Notes under the pieces: model-generated
The model's input: only the letters and a program-made list of their open reading frames with translations
The model's database searches: none
Told to the model about the DNA's origin: nothing
Part shown: one piece after another, positions 38,348 through 50,730 of the stretch
Layout: each line of letters begins with the position of its first letter
Numbering within the stretch: the first letter of the stretch is position 1
Translations under genes and position numbers: made by a program
DNA from: Lama glama
Taxonomy: Eukaryota
NCBI GenBank assembly: GCA_028534125.1
Contig: CM052817.1
Coordinates: 27,220,001 to 27,284,000 of the forward strand
Length of the DNA stretch: 64,000 nt
Direction of reading: 5' to 3'

Positions 38348-38847
38348 NNNNNNNNNNNNNNNNNNNNNNNNNNNNNNNNNNNNNNNNNNNNNNNNNNNNN
38401 NNNNNNNNNNNNNNNNNNNNNNNNNNNNNNNNNNNNNNNNNNNNNNNNNNNNNNNNNNNNNNNNNNNNNNNNNNNNNNNNNNNNNNNNNNNNNNNNNNNN
38501 NNNNNNNNNNNNNNNNNNNNNNNNNNNNNNNNNNNNNNNNNNNNNNNNNNNNNNNNNNNNNNNNNNNNNNNNNNNNNNNNNNNNNNNNNNNNNNNNNNNN
38601 NNNNNNNNNNNNNNNNNNNNNNNNNNNNNNNNNNNNNNNNNNNNNNNNNNNNNNNNNNNNNNNNNNNNNNNNNNNNNNNNNNNNNNNNNNNNNNNNNNNN
38701 NNNNNNNNNNNNNNNNNNNNNNNNNNNNNNNNNNNNNNNNNNNNNNNNNNNNNNNNNNNNNNNNNNNNNNNNNNNNNNNNNNNNNNNNNNNNNNNNNNNN
38801 NNNNNNNNNNNNNNNNNNNNNNNNNNNNNNNNNNNNNNNNNNNNNNN
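38348..38847. other. Assembly gap (500 N)
   Basis: Run of exactly 500 N. Confidence 1.
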
Positions 38848-38934
38848 CTTCTCCTCTTTGCTCAAATAAACCTTAGTGCAGGTCTTCACGTCCACCTGGT
38901 GCCCTGCTTCCTCACCTTCCTTTGAGGACTCCTT

Positions 38935-39105
38935 TCTAAGTGTCTTAACCTCCCTGTGCCTAGGTTTCCTTGACTTTAAAACAGGAACAATAATAATCAG
39001 ACCCACTTCATAGGGCTGTTATGAGGATTGAGTAAATTAGTATGTGGCAAATGCTTAGGACAGAGAGAGCATAAGGAAATTGCTATTTAAATATAAACTA
39101 TTATC
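38935..39105 (+). mobile_element. MIR SINE
   Basis: cttaacctccctgtgcctaggtttcct...cttcatagggctgttatgaggattgagt. Confidence 0.85.
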
Positions 39106-40699
39106 ATTCAACTATTTCTTTAGTTGTACAATTTGTGTTGATGATGTGCTCCATGCTCTTGTCCATTTTTTCCCTCCAACACCAACTACTGTTTTGTCAT
39201 GTTTTATCTTCCCCCCTGGATTGTGGGTTCTTACTGGGTAGGGTCCAGATCTTGTTATTTTGGTCTCACTCACATCTACCTCTTGCACTGCCTGACCTGA
39301 AGTAGGCACTTGGTAGTTGATTGATTGGTTGATTGCTAATTCTGGCTTAGATGAGTATGATTTAAGATGGTTTATGAGGAGTTTCCATAGAATTTTGATT
39401 TGATTTTTCTAGCAACACTATTACGGAGATGGAGATAGCAGTGGGTTTATTTTTCAGTAAGTGTGAAAAATAAGAGCGATTCTGTTCTGCTTCATTTTAC
39501 AATTTAGGTATAAAAATTTGCAAAAATGTTCTTTTTGTTTAATAAGTTAGGTGTGATCAGAAGAGAAGTGAAGATAATGAGCTGCAAATAATCTTCTCCA
39601 GTGAATTAAAGACTGTGATTTTCATTTACTGTTGGTAGATGGAAATCAAACCTTCTGAAAAGCATACCTGTTTTTGGACAATTTAGAGAAAATGCCCTTG
39701 TCTTTCAAAAGTTAAATCGAAGTATAGTAAATTATGTGTTTCTTCCAACTGCTTCAATGCAGGGACCATTATTTTGTCAGCCAATAGAATCTCTCCTTAA
39801 GATCATAGTAGTAGGGTTTCCAACATTTATTGAAAATTGTCTTCAGACCTGCAGTTTATTAGTGGACTGACTTTGTCCACCAGATTGCTTTAAAAAAAAA
39901 ACAAAACTAAAGATTAATGAAAATATTTCTGAAGCACAATTTGTATACATTGGTAATGATCAGGCTGAGAGACATATTCTTGGTAGTCTTTGTTCTTGGC
40001 GATTACTTAGTAACAATGGCGACAAAGTAATTAGCAAAGTGTTGCATTATGATAAACAATGTGTCACATTATAAACACATCATAAAAATGTTACCATAAA
40101 ATTGTGTGGGTTTTCTTTATTAGACTGGTTTTCTAAAAGTCCTCCATATTTCAGTTTTTTGAATGGTTTAGAGCTGTGCCATTGACATAGACAAACTCAG
40201 AGACTATAGGAAGGAAATCAAATACAGATGAGCTTATCACTCAATAGTTACTGGCATAAAATAGTGTGATGATACGTCATGAGGTCCTCTTGCTTCTGCT
40301 TTTGGTTTGATTGCTAAGGTAGAAGAAAGCTTTTGTTTTCCTTAAAAGCGTTAAGGCTTTGGTAAATTATCCATTCACTGACTATTTTAATCTGACATAG
40401 CATGCCCCTCCAACAGACGGAGGAATGAGAGTGAATTAATCCTAAACCATAAAGTAGTGGAAACAAATCGGATATTGGGCTTTCCTCAAAGACATATAGG
40501 GCATAGTTGGTGATGTAATTGCCAGCACAAATACTTCTGAGGACCCCCATGAATGGGGGAGATGTATACAAGTTCATTATGTCCACCCTTAAAATCATGA
40601 TGGTATCCAATAGTGTTGTCCATGCACTCCTAGCAGCTAGTTTTTTTGTTTGTTTGTTTGTTTGTTTCACTTTGAATATCTTTAGAAAACTGTAGAAAC

Positions 40700-41110
40700 T
40701 TTTGCTTTTACTATAAATGGAATGGGGAAGTATTTGGGAGAGGGGAGTTGAGTGGAGTAGTGACTTGATCTAACTTGACAGGATTACCCTGGTTGCTGCG
40801 TTGAGGGTAGATGGAAGGGACACAAGGGTGGAGGCAGTAAGCCAGTTAAGAGAGACTCCCATCTAGGTGTTAGGATGGTAATGGCTTGAAATTGAACTAA
40901 CGTGTTTGAGTGGAGGCAGTGAGAAGTGTCTGGATTCTGCTAAATTCTGAAGGGTGAAGCAACAAGATTTGTTGGTAGGTATGATTGGGTATGCAAGATT
41001 GGGGTCAGGCATGACTCAGCTGAACAACTGCAAGGGTAGAGTTGTAGGACTGATTGATCCCATGGGTGAGCGTCAGCAAGGTGTGGAGAGCCGGATTTGG
41101 AGGCATGGTT
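40700..41110 (-). mobile_element. L2 fragment
   Basis: ggattaccctggttgctg...ggcagtgagaagtgtctggattctg...aacaagatttgttggt. Confidence 0.7.
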
Positions 41111-41659
41111 AGGTGCTCTCGACATTTCATGCTGCTCTCCCCCTGTTAGCCCCTGAATGCTCCTGAACCGGGGCTCTCTCCCCACTCACCCCATGTCCCT
41201 GATCTCCACTGCAGATCCTCTTTAAGAGCTCTACTGATCTTCCCATCCTGTTCTGTGCTCTTGGAGAGTGATCATGAGCTGATGGTTTGGCCAGTGTCTT
41301 ATCTGGAAGGTTACCGAGAGTCCTCCATCAGTAAGGGTCCAGGTGGGAAGGTTAGTGCAGAGTCTCACAGCCTGTTTTCATTTCTCCTGCTCATGGACTG
41401 TTGGGAATGGTGGGTGATTCTTGACAGCTATTTTGTTTCTTGGTTTTTTGTTTTTGTTTTTATGTATTCATGGCTTATGCTGTTACAAAGGGAATAGTAG
41501 TTAGCAGTCTTTATAGTTAAAATATACAATATATGACCCTGTGAATGTATCATAAAGATGTGGTGCTGAGAGGGGTCGCTGAGACAGGTCATCAAGAATC
41601 CTGATTCCAGTGGAAGGTCCTCCCTTTCTGATTCTGAACTGCTAGCTCAGTTTAGTATG

Positions 41660-41850
41660 CAAGGTCAGCGCTTTGCAAAATTTACTTCGCGTGTGAATCA
41701 CATGGGGATCTTTTTTAAACAGCTGTCTGATTAAGTAGGTCTTGGAGAGGGTGGGAGGACTGAGAGCCTGTATGTCTTACATTAATTCCAGGTGAAGATG
41801 CTGTGCTGCTGCTGCTGGTCGAAGGACCGCACTTTTAAGTGGCATAGTCC
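41660..41850. mobile_element. MER5-like fossil
   Basis: gaatcacatggggatcttttttaaa...ccaggtga...gctgctggtcgaaggaccgcacttt. Confidence 0.65.
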
Positions 41851-43149
41851 TTGTTGAGTTTCTGGAGTCTATTTAGCTGTTGACCCTCCTAACAAACATC
41901 CAGGTACCTCTACACTGAATAACCTGGGCTTGGAAGAATGGATAGCATTTGGACCAGTAGAGAGCAGTGTGAAGGCTGTGCTGGAGAGGCTGGAAGAAGG
42001 CAGAGCAGGAGGAACAGAGGTGGAAACGAGCACCTGCCTTCAAATGCATGGCACATCCTCCCACCTCCAGGATTAGGAGCCTACAAAATTGAATTTTATC
42101 AGGCTACAGCCTAATTAGCAGGGTGACCTTGGACTATTAAATTGACTCAAAATTTTTTAGTGGTTGTGCCTCACATGCAAGATGATTTTTGAATAGTACA
42201 TGGGGATTTTAGTTGGTCCATGGATCACCAATATTTTCATATAATCTTAATAGTTACCTTACCGTCTGTTTACAGTAGGAGTTTAGGTATCTGCTTTCCT
42301 CACCCGTCTGTGAGCTTTCTTCATGCAGCGGCCGGGTCTCATTCGTGTTTCTCTCGCTAGGCCCTGCTCATTATCGCTCAGGAAATGGACAGAGGCCTGG
42401 CTTAACTTAGCCAGAGATTCTGTAAAAGATGTAACTAAACTATCCTGGGTTCTCAATATTAGCACCATTTACACTAGAATGCAATACTTTTAACAAAAAT
42501 GTAAAGACCTGAAAAAAATATTTTCAAAACTTTCTAATCACTTCTTGGTGAATAGAGTTTAGTTTTACAGAGAATATTAGTAATGTTTTGAGAATATAAA
42601 TCAGGACTAATAGATTCAGGAGAGAAAATGCTATAGTGTTTAAAGTCTGTGGTGAAAGTTTTAGCTTTTTAAAGGCTTGCTTTATTCTTTGATTCCTTTC
42701 TTAATTTTTTATTTTGGGGGAAAAGCTAAATATTTGCAAACTGTAAGGAACTACCTTTTATCTATTTTCTCTCCTTCCCTCAAATAAAAATGAGAGAATA
42801 TTAACAAAGAAATATTTTTGAGGCCATGTGTTATATTGGCTTGTGAATTGCCTTTCTAGTGGGAGTGGTCATCAGGTTGTTTTATAATAGAACTTGAACT
42901 TCGATTTACAAGGAAGAGTTGGGAACACTTAGTTCCCTTAGACTGCTCTTTTAAAAAACCCAAAAAGCCTTCTTTGGTTTTTTTGATGATTAAAATAATA
43001 TGTATTAATTGGAGAAAGTTTTAGGAAAATAGGGAAATTTTTAAAGAAGAAAATACAAATCACATCTGATTTCCACCATGAAGAGATAAGATGTTGGCGT
43101 ATTTCCTCCCACTCTCTCTCTATGTATGTGTGTATGTGTGTGTGTATTT

Positions 43150-44715
43150 GTATCATAATGTCTTTGGTTTTGGAATCAGGGTAATGCTGCCCTAATAGAA
43201 TGAATTGGGAAGTACTCCTCTTCAATTGTCTGGAAGAGTGGGCAGAATTGCATTCTTTCTTTCTTATTTGCTATCATTTACCAGTTAAGCCTTCTGGGCC
43301 TGGTGTTCTCTTTTGGGATGGTTATCTATTTCATCATTGAGTGAACTTTGGCTGTATGTGTCAAGGAATTTATTCAGTTCATCTAAGTTGGTGAATTTAT
43401 TGGCACAGACTTATTTATAGCATTCCCTCATTATTCTTTTAATGTCTATAGAATTGTAATCATATCCTGTCTTTCCTGATGTGTGTCTTTCTTTTTTGGC
43501 TAAAAACCAAAGGTTATCAATTTTGTTGATCTCCAAGAAACAGCTTTTGATTTAATTGATTTTTTTTCTATTGCTTTTTTGTTTTCTTTTGATTGATTTC
43601 AATTCTGATATATTTTTTCCTTTTTTTTTCCCTTTGGGCTTAATTTTCTTAAGGTGGGAGCAGAATTCATTGATTTGAGATCTTTTTTTTTTCTGATATA
43701 GGTGTTTTGTGCTATACATTTCCCCCACATACTGCTTTAGCATCTTTCTATACATTTTATATTGCCATATTCTTTCACTACAAATTACACTCTATTCTTT
43801 TGATTTCTCCTTTGATCAATAGGTTGTTTAGAATTGTATTACTTAGTTTAAAATGTTGGGGAATTTTTTTCAGAGACATTTCTGTTGTTAATTATTTCTA
43901 ATTTAATCCCTTTGTAGTCAGATAACATGCTTTTTATGAACTGAATTCTTTAAGTTTGTGGAACTTGTTTTCTAACCCAGAAATTGGTCTATTTCAATAA
44001 ATGTTCACAGTGAACTTCATTCTTTCAGTTAAGTCAATTTGGTTGATAGTGTTACACAGGTCTTCTTTATCCTAACTGATTTTCTGTCTGCTTGTTCTAT
44101 TAGTTATTGAAGAAGGGTATTAAATCTCTTACTCCAGTTGTGAATTTGTCTATTTCTTCTTGCAGATCTATCTGTTTTGGCTATGTGTCTGGAATCTTTT
44201 TTTAAAAATTAGGTGTAAAAATGTTTAGGATTGTTATGTCCTCCTGATAACCCTTTGTGAAGTGACTTGTAAAGTGATTGTAAAGTGACTTTCTCTGTAC
44301 AGGTATTATTCTTGGTTCTAGATGTTTCTTAGTCTGATATTAATATAACTACTTCAGCTTTCTTTTGATTAGTGTTAGCATGGCACATCTTGTTTTGTTC
44401 TTCTATTTTTAATCTATTCATATCTTTATGTTTAAAGTGCACTTCTGGTAGGTATTACATAGTTGGAGTGTTGCTTTTTAATCTAATCTGATGATCACTG
44501 TGTTTTAATTGAGGATGTTCACACCATTTATATTTAATGCTCTGATTGATATGGTTGGGTTTAAGTTGACAGTATTGCTATTTGATTTCTGTTTATTCCA
44601 TCTGTTCTGTGTACCCTTACTTTTTTTTCTTTTTTTTTTTTGTTAGAGTATTTTTTATGATTCCATTTAATCTCCTTCCTTGGCTTATTAGTATTTTAAG
44701 GTTTTGCTATTTTAG
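43150..44715 (-). mobile_element. Old L1M, degraded ORF2 5' region
   Basis: Minus-strand remnant KKRSQINEFCSHLKK resembles L1 ORF2; also cagggtaatgctgcc...tagaatgaattgggaagt. Many frameshifts and stops. Confidence 0.85.
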
Positions 44716-45010
44716 AGACTGACTTAGGATTCATAGCACGCATGCCTACCTAGTATATTGTTGATGTTCAATAAATGTTTACTGAATGAACAAATGAATG
44801 CCCTGGTGCCCAGACCAAAGGGCTCCTAAGAACCAGAGGCATCAAGAAAGGCCATCAGCCCTGTGTTGTCAGACACAGCGCACTTCATTCTTTCCCAGCT
44901 TTTATTTTCCTTTTTCACACCATGTTATTATGGATATTGGCTTTATTCTTTCTGTCTTGAAGTTAGTCTTTTGAGGTTAGAGGTCTGAGTCTTCTTCTGA
45001 AGGCTTTTTT

Positions 45011-45195
45011 TTAAAGAGATATTTCAGATGGTTAGGGAATAACTTGTATCACCTTAAATCAACAATGTTTATTTGGGGGGAAGATAATGGGGTTTATTTA
45101 TTTGTTTATTTATTATTCTTGTTTTAGTGGTGGTACTGGGGATTGAACCCAAGACCTCGTGCATGCTAAGCACGTACTCTACCGTACTGTCCCCC
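45011..45195 (-). mobile_element. Camelid-type tRNA-derived SINE (vic-1-like) with 15-bp TSD
   Basis: Minus strand ggtagagtacgtgcttagcatgcacgaggtcttgggttcaatccccagtacc contains a B box. TSD tctg(a/c)aggctttttt at 44996-45010 and 45196-45210. Confidence 0.9.
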
Positions 45196-45510
45196 TCTGC
45201 AGGCTTTTTTGAAAGCGTGGGTTGTATCCTCAGGATGAAAGAGGCCATAGCCTTGACTTACCATGGCCAAACCCCAAAAGTAACATCCTTATCAGGAAGA
45301 ACAGATATTTTATAAGGTATTAGATAGGAAAAAAAGCTTCAAAGAAATGGTCTAAATTTAAGATTAGCTGATCTCAGCAAAGCTACACATGGAAAGGAAA
45401 TTCAGACCTAACAGATTTTCTCCATCCTTGGAATGTCACCAGTTTTATTTCAAGGCTCTTAAATATTTTTTTTAAAAAAAGGAAGAAAGAAAGAAAGATC
45501 ATTGAGCTTC

Positions 45511-45561
45511 CTGATTAAAAAATAAAAATTTATGCCTTGTTTTTCTTTTTTTCTTTTCCAG
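45511..45561 (+). promoter_or_regulatory. 3' splice site of LIMCH1 exon 2 (candidate branch point plus polypyrimidine tract)
   Basis: CTGAT at 45511-45515, no AG between 45507 and 45559, tract ttgtttttctttttttcttttccag. Confidence 0.75.
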
Positions 45562-45632
45562 CAAGTAACTGGCAGAAGTTTTGGTGATAAAGATTTTCGG
45601 ACAGGGTTAGAAAATGGAATCCTTCTCTGCGA
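45562..45632 (+). CDS. LIMCH1: LIMCH1 internal coding exon (canonical exon 2), part of the calponin-homology domain
   Basis: Long polypyrimidine tract plus CAG acceptor (AG at 45560-45561) and consensus GTAAGT donor (45633-45638). Phase 0 translation [23 protein letters not shown]+GA matches the recalled LIMCH1 sequence ...[38 protein letters not shown]. 71 nt, phase 0 in, phase 2 out. Confidence 0.96.
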
Positions 45633-46292
45633 GTAAGTATAGCCTATATTCAGTTGGTTTTATTTAAGACAAATCATGAATGGTGTTGTTTGTCTATAAA
45701 ACTTCCAGTATTTTGTTTGAATTTATTCACAGTTAGAATATGAAATTTAAAAAAAATCACTGGGTTAAGCAGTAAATGTAAGTAGTCTTGGTATCAGTAG
45801 GGAGTGGTGGGGACTGTGGCAATTTCAAGCTGGGTAAAGGAGTGTCTGGCAGCTGCTACTCAACACCAACCAACGTTTACAATGTAGGAATTTAGGCCCA
45901 AGTAATTGGAAGGATGTGGACCAAACTGTGGTAAAAGTAGCAGCTTTATCCCCCTTATTTCTTCCAAACAAAAGCAGCTTGTGCCCATTGAAAGCAGGAC
46001 TTCTGTTTACTTACAACATCGTGAAACATGCCAGGTAGTGTTCCTCACTGAGGCCTTTTGAATATATTTAATCTGTGCTGTTGACAAAATAACTGCAGTT
46101 TTTAGTGTTTACATTTTGAACCTGGGCTTTGTCAGAGAATGCTGCTGTGGGGATGCATTCAACAGCTTTCTGTGAAGCGGTTCGAGACACAAGATAAGCT
46201 AGAGCCTCAATACTTGTAGACGGATGGACACAACCTTCCACTCAAGGTTTTGAATTTTGAATTCATTTAATAGGTTCTGTAATTTGGGTACT

Positions 46293-46590
46293 GATTTTTT
46301 TTTATTGAGTTGAAATATACATGCAAGAAATGCACAGCCCCTAAATATACAATCTGATGGGTTTTAGAAACTGTGTACATGCGTGTAACCTACCCCTTGA
46401 TCAAGACAGAGAACAGAAACTTCCCTCATGTCCTTTCCCAGTCAGTCTCAACGAACCCCCTGTGGAAAAGCACTGTTCTGATTTCTGTCACCATAGACTC
46501 TGTTTTGCCTTTTCTTGAATTTTATGTAAATGGAATCACATAGAATGCAGTCTTATTTTGCCAACTTGCAGAGTACTATTTGAGACCCAC
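46293..46590 (-). mobile_element. L1MC/ME-type 3' end
   Basis: ttctgatttctgtcaccataga...ttttgccttttcttgaattttatgtaaatggaatca. Confidence 0.8.
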
Positions 46591-46609
46591 TCATGAAGCT
46601 GAAGGAGCA

Positions 46610-46800
46610 GGGGTTTCGGAGCCTGAGAATTAGAGACTCAGTCTTTTCTTCACCCCTTAAGTCATGTAACCTCCTCGATTCTCATTTGTTTCTCTTTAAA
46701 ATGATGATTAAAAATTTATAACTCTTGCCTATTTTATAAGCTTTTTGTGAATTTCAACAGGATGATGTTGATCAGGTGCTTTTAAAAATTGCAACATTTG
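46610..46800 (+). mobile_element. MIR (degraded)
   Basis: aagtcatgtaacctcctcgattctcatttg...tttaaaatgatgatt. Confidence 0.55.
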
Positions 46801-48654
46801 CTTAACCAATGTTGATTATTAAGCAGCAGCTTTCCACACAGTTCACGTTAGCATTTGTTTTCCCTGCTCTCCGCTGTCCTTCTCTCTTCAAAGAGAAATT
46901 TACATCCCGGACTGCTGTTACCATCCCTTCCTTCCTATGGAGTCTCTGCCTTCTTCTCATACTTTACTTCCCTCACCACCTCCTTTCCCTCTATTAAATC
47001 TAAATCAGAGCTCATCTCTTAGGGAACCCATAATTAGTTTAGCATCTCACAGAGACAAGCTTGGACAGGCTCCAAACACTTCCCAGGTACTCCAGCACCT
47101 GCTTCTCCAGTGATTCTGGGCTTAGCCCTCTCCCGATATTAACAGACCAGCCAGAATCTGATCTAATTTATGTGCATCATGCTCTCTTAAATCTGTCAAT
47201 GTGAGTCTTTGGTACCAATTTTTGTTTACCTAACATTTGCTACAAAGATTATTGTAAGCGTCCACCTCTCCACCACGTGAAAAACCTGGCAATGAGTAAT
47301 AGACTTTGGATTGAGTGACCTTGTCTGAAGGCAAGGATCTGGGTCCAGAGACATCTGCACACATAGACCTTGTTTCTTACCTAGATGATGTTGAGTTGGT
47401 GGATGGAGCCTCTCATGTGTGGAGTGGCATTACCCATTGACCTTTTGCAAACACATTAATGAATGTTAGGGTTGTTTAGAGGTGGAGATGTGAGGTTGAG
47501 GTCCAGGCCGTGGTTAGGAAATAGTATGGTTAGACAATGTGGAGACACAGATTACAGCCAGGAGCCTCTTTAAATAAATAAAGGGTTTGAACTGCTGACA
47601 GCCTGAGGGTGAAGCTGAGGGAAATGGCCAAAAACAGAAGATGTGGACAAATGTTACTGTCTGGGTAGGAGGACAAAACGCAGGACAAGTGAGTTACTGT
47701 GTAACTCCTCTAACCACGGAGGATGAGACCCACTGGTGTATTTGAAGGAGTCTGAGGACGAGGGTCGAGTCCTGGCTTCCCCATGGGACTCCATCTGGCA
47801 GCCCTGGCACAGAGTCTGCAAAGGTGGAATGAACTGTGTCTATGGCCTGGGCGAGGAAAGCCAGGGGCGCGCACCCCAGCCACAGCCTTGGAGAGAAAAC
47901 TGGGTCAGCAGCCAGAGAAGCAGGATGCAAACCAAGTTCTAAGTGCAGGGAGGGCGCACAGAGCAACCAGGGGCAAAACATGGCCCAGCAGCCGACTGCA
48001 CTGACCTTGGGAACAACAGAGGCAGAAGACCCCCCTCTTCTTACTGGTCGGGGGCAGGGGCACGGCTAGGTCTGACCTGAGCTAAAGCGTGTCGGGCTGC
48101 CGCAGACTGGAGTTAGCAAGTGTCCTGGTATCCGGAGAGCAGACTGGCGAGGAGGGAACTTGCTCTGTTCCAGGCATGGGGTTGGTTGATGGCAGGGCCC
48201 AAAAGGCCAGAAACTCCATTTGGAAAGTCTCAGGAAAGTGAGGGTTCTCAGATGATATATCCATACGGGTTTCAAACACCTGTCTTTGGAGACTAGCTAA
48301 GAATGCCTAAGGCTGTGCCAGCCTCTAGAACCAGAGTTTTGTGGATGCTGGGGATTAAGAAGTTCTAACTCGCAACCACCACCCATGTAGCAACATTTAA
48401 AAATAAAAGAACTCTCTGTAATTTCAAATTGTGAAAACTGGCAGTTCAGCTCTTCTGAGTTGGATTGGGTCTAAGTGTTGGTTGCAGCTATGGAGAGACA
48501 CCATGCTCTTTGTTATGTTCGCTAAAAATTTCCCAAGTCCTTTATGAGTCTGAAAAAAAAGCCCTCATAGCTCTCCTCAAAGAGACGGGCATCTTCTGGG
48601 CCCAGGGTCTGGCTTTCCTCTTACCAGCCTGGTCCTGAACTTACCTGTGGCCTG

Positions 48655-48770
48655 TAAGGTCTCCTATGATACCCATTTTACCGAGGAAGCAACTGAGGCA
48701 CAGAGGATGAAGTAACTAGGCTACGGTTATACCAGATAAGAAAGATTTAAATTCAGCAGTCTGATTCTTT
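48655..48770 (-). mobile_element. MIR fragment
   Basis: cccattttaccgaggaagcaactgaggcacagaggatgaagtaact. Confidence 0.8.
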
Positions 48771-49792
48771 TGCTTTTGCTCTTCATCACTGCCCTGTGTT
48801 TAGAGCTGGAATTTTAATGGGAGAGGAAAGCAAGAGGTTGGGAGGTGGTGGTGGGATGGAATTGGTGCTAAAAAACCTGGAGTGTGGGGAGAATGGCAGT
48901 ACAGAGGGTAACCACAGGGTCTCAGCGGGACAGAGGAAGACTGCGTGGGGTTGGTGGTCTTTGAAAAATGTAAGCATCAGGGGCCTGGTGGTCCCTCTTA
49001 AGACAGGAAGGCAAGTCCAGTGGGAGTGAGGACATGAGAGAGCTAAGGGGACAGGAGGCTGTGGTCAGTGGAGGATGTAGGGGTTTTAATTTTCTTAGGT
49101 AAGAGCCGTCAAAACTTGATGGAGACAAATGAGATTGGTGGACCTCTACTACAGACTACAGAGATGAGAGAGAGAGAAGACTGGCACCCACAGGTAGCAT
49201 GTAAGATGGGAATTGAATGGCCTCAGAATCACCCTGGGAGCTCTTTCACTTCGCCGGCGAAATGCAGTACACGTGCCTTGGCGAACGCATATACAGTAAT
49301 ACTAATGCATAAATGTATAACTTACAGTAATGGCAAGAATAAAATTGAGTGCATGTGTCAAATAGAATTCTAGTAGATGTGTTTTTATTTAAGCGTCTCC
49401 CTCTTCCCCTGTTGTTTTTGCCGTGTGTGCAGTTGACGTTTTGGAGGTTAAATGCTCAAATGATGGGAGCACTCTGCTGAGCATTAAATGAAAGGTCTAG
49501 GGTCGAAGTGTGACAAAGCTGCAAACGGGTGACAGGTGTCATGCTGTTAGAAATGGTAAATGACTGCTGCATCCTGTCCTTGGGGACTTCGGAGTTTAAA
49601 AGAAGGGCTGCAGAGAGTCTTCCGTTCCCTAAGGCAGTCGCTCCCAGGATGGAGTCGCTGGTGACTGCCGTCTGCTTCCCTGCCCCCAGGTCAGGCAGTC
49701 TGTAGTGAGACAATTCCAGAAAGGAACGTTTCTGACTTGTTTTCCTGACTGATTTTATCATATGAGTAGCACTCTATGGAACTCCATCTGTA

Positions 49793-49984
49793 TCAGAAGT
49801 TGGCAAATTCTAGCCGTTGGCCTGTTTTTGTGCAGGCCTTCCTGCTTGCTAAGACTTGTTTTTACATTTTAAAAGAGTTGTAAACAAAGCAAAACAACAA
49901 CAACAAAAAAGAGTTTATATGGGGCTCACAGAGCCTAAAATGTTTGCTACCTGGTCCTTTATGGAGAAAATTTGCCAGCCCATG
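49793..49984. mobile_element. MER58-family element
   Basis: cagaagttggcaaatt...agcctaaaatgtttgctacctggtcctttatggagaaaatttgccagccc, with inverted termini. Confidence 0.8.
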
Positions 49985-50539
49985 AGGACTGTGGAATCAA
50001 TTTTGGATGTAAATTGTTCACCCTCATAAAGTTAAGTGGTTTGAATTGGGGCCATGCACAGTGCTATTTGGGTAAATCAAAAAAGATTTCCTCAGGAGTT
50101 TCTTTAGAAGCCCCACTACCCACCCCCCTAACTTTTTATTTTGAAACATTTTAAACTTACAGAAAAGCTGCAAGAAGAATCTAATGATTATCCATATACC
50201 CTGCCGCCATATGCAGATGGTTCAGGAAAAAAGAGGCGTAAAAGGAAAGAGCGAGCTAGTGAGACGCAGTGATAATAGTGACAGCTGCATCTAGTTGTGG
50301 GGTGTGTGCTCGCCTTTCTTCCCTGTGGTTTGGTTTCACATCCTTGCCCCACCCTTTTCTTTCTTTTTGGTTACTGTCCAAGGATATATATATTTAACAC
50401 AAGCCAGTTCAAATCCTTTTATGGAGAACACAGCAGAAAGTGAATGGATCTGTGAACTCCCAGGTTGAACCCCATGACACTGTTGCATTAGTGGACCAAA
50501 AACAGATAATGGGACTTCCTATGCTCAGCCTAGTGGACG

Positions 50540-50730
50540 GTCCAGATCCTAGATTCACCTCCTGTGTGTCATTAGGCAAGTTGCTTCACCTCCCTGAACC
50601 CATTTCCTCATCTCTAAAAGCAGGTATAATTGTACCCAATTTACTGGCTGGTTCAGAGGAGTAAAGGAATTATTAGTGTGTATAAAACTGTTTAGTGCTT
50701 GGAATATAGGAGGCACTTAAATGTTAGCTT
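50540..50730 (+). mobile_element. MIR SINE
   Basis: ggcaagttgcttcacctccctgaacccatttcctcatctctaaaa...taggaggcacttaaatgttagct. Confidence 0.85.

Noticed and set aside
45125..45195. tRNA-like sequence with a B box
   Set aside because: It is the head of a tRNA-derived SINE with tail and TSD. The 5' arm is incomplete, so it is not a tRNA gene.
45562..45565. Second AG 4 nt downstream of the exon 2 acceptor
   Set aside because: AAG after a CAG is disfavoured, it would frameshift, and there is no evidence of use.
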